From the NCBI GenBank assembly GCA_965112735.1, contig OZ218954.1, positions 310,001-374,000 of the forward strand: a stretch of DNA of 64,000 nucleotides, read 5' to 3'. Position numbers and translations under genes: made by a program. Positions 61,132-64,000 of the stretch are shown here, piece after piece. How positions within the stretch are numbered: the first letter of the stretch is position 1; every line of letters starts with the position of its first letter. Under the pieces are notes generated by a model that ran no database searches, was not told the DNA's origin, and worked only from the letters and a program-made list of their open reading frames with translations. This stretch comes from Phaeosaccion multiseriatum (lineage: Eukaryota; Protista; Ochrophyta, other classes).

Positions 61132-61540
61132 ATCCTTCTGCCACTTTGCCTTCCTGCTTAGAGCTACAGGAGGAGGCTCTCTGGCTTTTGAGAGCGAGAA
61201 AATCTTCGAGTAACGTTTCAGTTTCAGTTTCGGGTTCGTGGCATCCTCTCTTCGACCCCTGACAGGGAGAGGCGCATTTATAGTGTTGACCTGTCCGTGG
61301 ATCGATTTTTTTTGGTCCGTGGAGCGACTTTTTTCCTATATTTTTCTGCTCCCCCCCCTCCTTCCCCCTCCTCTGATCTTAAATAACCACAACTGCTACA
61401 TTCCAGCAGTAGTATTGGCTTAGTGAAGGATTTCTCATGGCAGGAAGGTGGCAGGGCTGGTAGTAGCAGCAGCAGTCAAGCAAAGAGAGGTACCTATCAA
61501 ACATTTCAAACCATGACACCAGCAGCAGCAGCAGAGACAA

Positions 61541-63484
61541 ATGGAGGAGAATGAAGAAGCTGTAGCGGGGCAGCACAAAAGGATGGAACAGCACCACCTT
61601 TGTGACAGTCCTGAAGAGATTTCTGGCGCACAGGGCTCTTCGGATATCAGTGGAAAGGCCGCAGGAGCGCACGACGACAATGACAGTGCCAGTGATTGGG
61701 ACGACGAGACTTGGACGCAGGCCGGTGCTCTGGCAGATGCAGCCGCTGCGGCGGCACAACCAGCGACCGCTTCGAAAACTGGCACTCAAGCGAGAGTGGA
61801 GGCTGAGCTTGCAACAATCGCCGCAGCACAAGAGGAGAGGCGGAAACAATTGCAGGCAGCAAGGCAGGACTTGCTCAACCAGAAGGCGACTTTAGAAGAT
61901 GCTTACAAAACTGGAGGAGGACGAGGCCGGCCCTCGAAGGATATAAGCGAGAAGAAGCGGTTGATTGCTGCAGCTATAAAAGGAATTGATGAGGATTTCC
62001 TGCTCCCAGCGGAGCAGGAAGAGAAGCGAAAGAAGGAGATGGAGAAGAGGAAGAAGAAGGGCTGTGACATGTCTTCGAGCGCAGACAGGGTAGATTGCGC
62101 AAGTGGTGACCACTTCGTAGGGTTTTCTTCGCCGCCCCTTGGTCGCACGTCTAAGCGGTACGTTCTCAATTATCGCCTCTTCGCCGCCCTTTCTGTACAT
62201 ACCTTGACACACTTTCTTGCCCCTGTTGCTCTCGCCCCCTTTCTACATCTTTTCTTTGTGCTAACAGGGGTGAGAACGACGAGGATGAGGACGAGGAGGA
62301 TGGTAATACGGGCGAGGAGGGGGGCGGTTGTGGTGGGGGAGGGTTTGGGACGAAGAATAGACCACCAGCGCAGACTGAGTTCATCAAGGTAGCACTCCAG
62401 GCGGCAAAGGATCAAGAGAAAGGGTTGCCTGCTTGGCAAACTCCCTACTTCAGGGCCTCGACGCCAAGCCGCCAGTCTGAAGTGGGGGGGGTACGCCCAA
62501 CGTGACGTGTATGTCCACCTCTTCCACAACCTTGGAGAGGACCATCGACAGCCTCTTTGCGCATGGCATACCTCGTCAAAGTGTGTACAAGCTAAAGGAT
62601 GGACGTCGCCGCAGCGGGCTGTGTATGTCACCAGCCTCGAGGACAACTTTTTCATGGTGGGGACAAGGCATCGGTGTACAGAGCGATTGGAGGAGAAGAA
62701 ACGGGTGAAAGCTGAGTACAACGAGGCGGAGAAGAGGAAGGAAACATTGCAAGAGCAGGTTCGTGTGCTTCGGTTGTGTCTCATTTGCGCTACTCTCTGG
62801 GGCTTTTGATGAAGACGCCTCGCCTCTCTTCTTCGCCCTCCTTCCTTGTCCCCACCCCTGTTCAGATTGCCGCTCAGAAGAAAGCCGTTAGCGAGTACTC
62901 GACCTCCTTCTACTCCTACGACCCACGCGTCACCACAGCGTGTAAGGAGAACGTGTGCTTCCAGTGGGTGACTGCAGAGCTGCCTGGAGGATCAGCCGTG
63001 GGAGCAGGGGGAGCAACAGCAGGAGTAGGAGTAGTACGTGCCGGTTCTGCTGCTGCTGCTGGAGGAGGAGGAGGAGGAGGAGGACGAGGAGCTGCTGCTG
63101 CTGGAGGAGGAGCTGCTGCTGCTGGAGGAGGACGAGGAGGGGAAAGGGCAGCAGCAGCAGAAGTAGGACCACCGCCGGCACCAGCAGCCGCAGCACTGTG
63201 GCCTGCAATGGGAGGATCAGGGGCAGGACCGGCGGCTGGAGGATAGGGGGCAGGAGCAGCTGTAGCACCTGCAGACTCTGCTGCTGCAGAGGGTGGTGTC
63301 GCTCTCGGGGGGCGGAGGTGAGAGAACCCGCGAGACAGAGCTACGGAAGAGGAGGGAGGCCGAGAAAAGGAGAAGAACAGAGGCAGGCGCGGAGGGGAGG
63401 GAGAGGGCAAAGCTCCAGAAAAGGGCAGCGCGGCAAAGGGAAAGGGAAAGGTTACAGCAGGCTAAGCAGGGCCCTTCAGGGTGA
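61541..63484 (+). pseudogene. Frameshifted gene, possibly a transposon-derived relic with a DUF6729-like Cys/His domain
   Basis: Exons 61541-62157, 62268-62758, 62866-~63484, with short introns free of microsatellites. A G8 run at ~62484-62491 breaks the frame between ...PAWQTPYFRASTP and YAQRDVYVH...PLCAWH...CVQAKGW...RAVYV...GTRHRC...FYSYDPRV. Further frame breaks near 63245-63320. Confidence 0.45.
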
Positions 63485-64000
63485 CTCTTACCTTTCTGTG
63501 TACGTAGTAATGGAAATAGTAATGGAAGAAGGGGAGGAGCGAGCAGCACCGAGGAGGAGGAGGAGGAGGAGAAGGAGGAGGAGGAGGAGGAGGAGGAAGA
63601 GGAGGAGGAGGAGGAGGAGGAGCTGCAGCAGCAGCACCAGCAGCAGCACCAGCAGCAGCTGCAGCCGCGCACTGTGGCCGGCAACGGGAGAAAAAAAGAA
63701 GCGAGAGGAAGGCGCGAATAAACAGTTTCAGTTTCCTTTTTTTCGTTTTTTTTTTAAACTTGTCGTCACTGGACTATTATCATTACGAGCGCTCCACCTC
63801 TAATAAAGGAAGGCAAGAGCCCCCGCCTTATGCAGCGACGTGGATTGCGATTGGTAGTGTCCCATTACTTGCACAAGGTGCCTCTGTTTGGCTGCTGAAC
63901 GGCGAGCGTGGCTGAGTGAGGCCCAGCATGCATGATCTGGCGCAAAAGGGATAATCCGATAATCCAGAAGGAGGACGCGGACAAGGAGGAGGGGCTCACG

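Overview
This is eukaryotic nuclear DNA, most likely from an ochrophyte (stramenopile) alga: three genes carry signal peptides followed by an 'AF/GF/SF'-type cleavage motif and a transit-like region, as in complex-plastid targeting. I reconstructed eleven intron-rich genes by hand from GT-AG junctions and reading frame. In order: NAA15 (-, runs off the left edge); GSA-AT/hemL (+); a ~11.6 kb multidomain membrane protein with glycosyltransferase-like, Cys-rich and Pro/Thr domains (+); a PAP/fibrillin (-); a FYVE-like zinc finger fused to an alpha/beta-hydrolase (+); MSH2 apparently lacking domain I (-); a ~100 aa conserved small protein (+); a plastid five-bladed beta-propeller glycoside-hydrolase-like protein (-); a His-rich TPR protein (+); a ~1,690 aa low-complexity protein with a small conserved C-terminal domain (-); and a frameshifted, possibly transposon-derived gene (+). 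Ten of the eleven sit in tight head-to-head pairs. The most unusual signals are non-coding. (1) Introns use a small vocabulary of 8-16 bp words and microsatellites whose G-rich strand lies near donors and whose reverse complement lies near acceptors; the same words also occur in coding sequence. (2) Many introns contain 'ghost' copies of the neighbouring exon end, exon start or even the spliced junction, several diverged mostly at synonymous positions, which suggests intron gain by local tandem duplication. Most long ORFs in the supplied track are microsatellite artefacts. I saw no RNA genes, CRISPR arrays or intact transposons. All family assignments rest on motif recognition; no searches were run.
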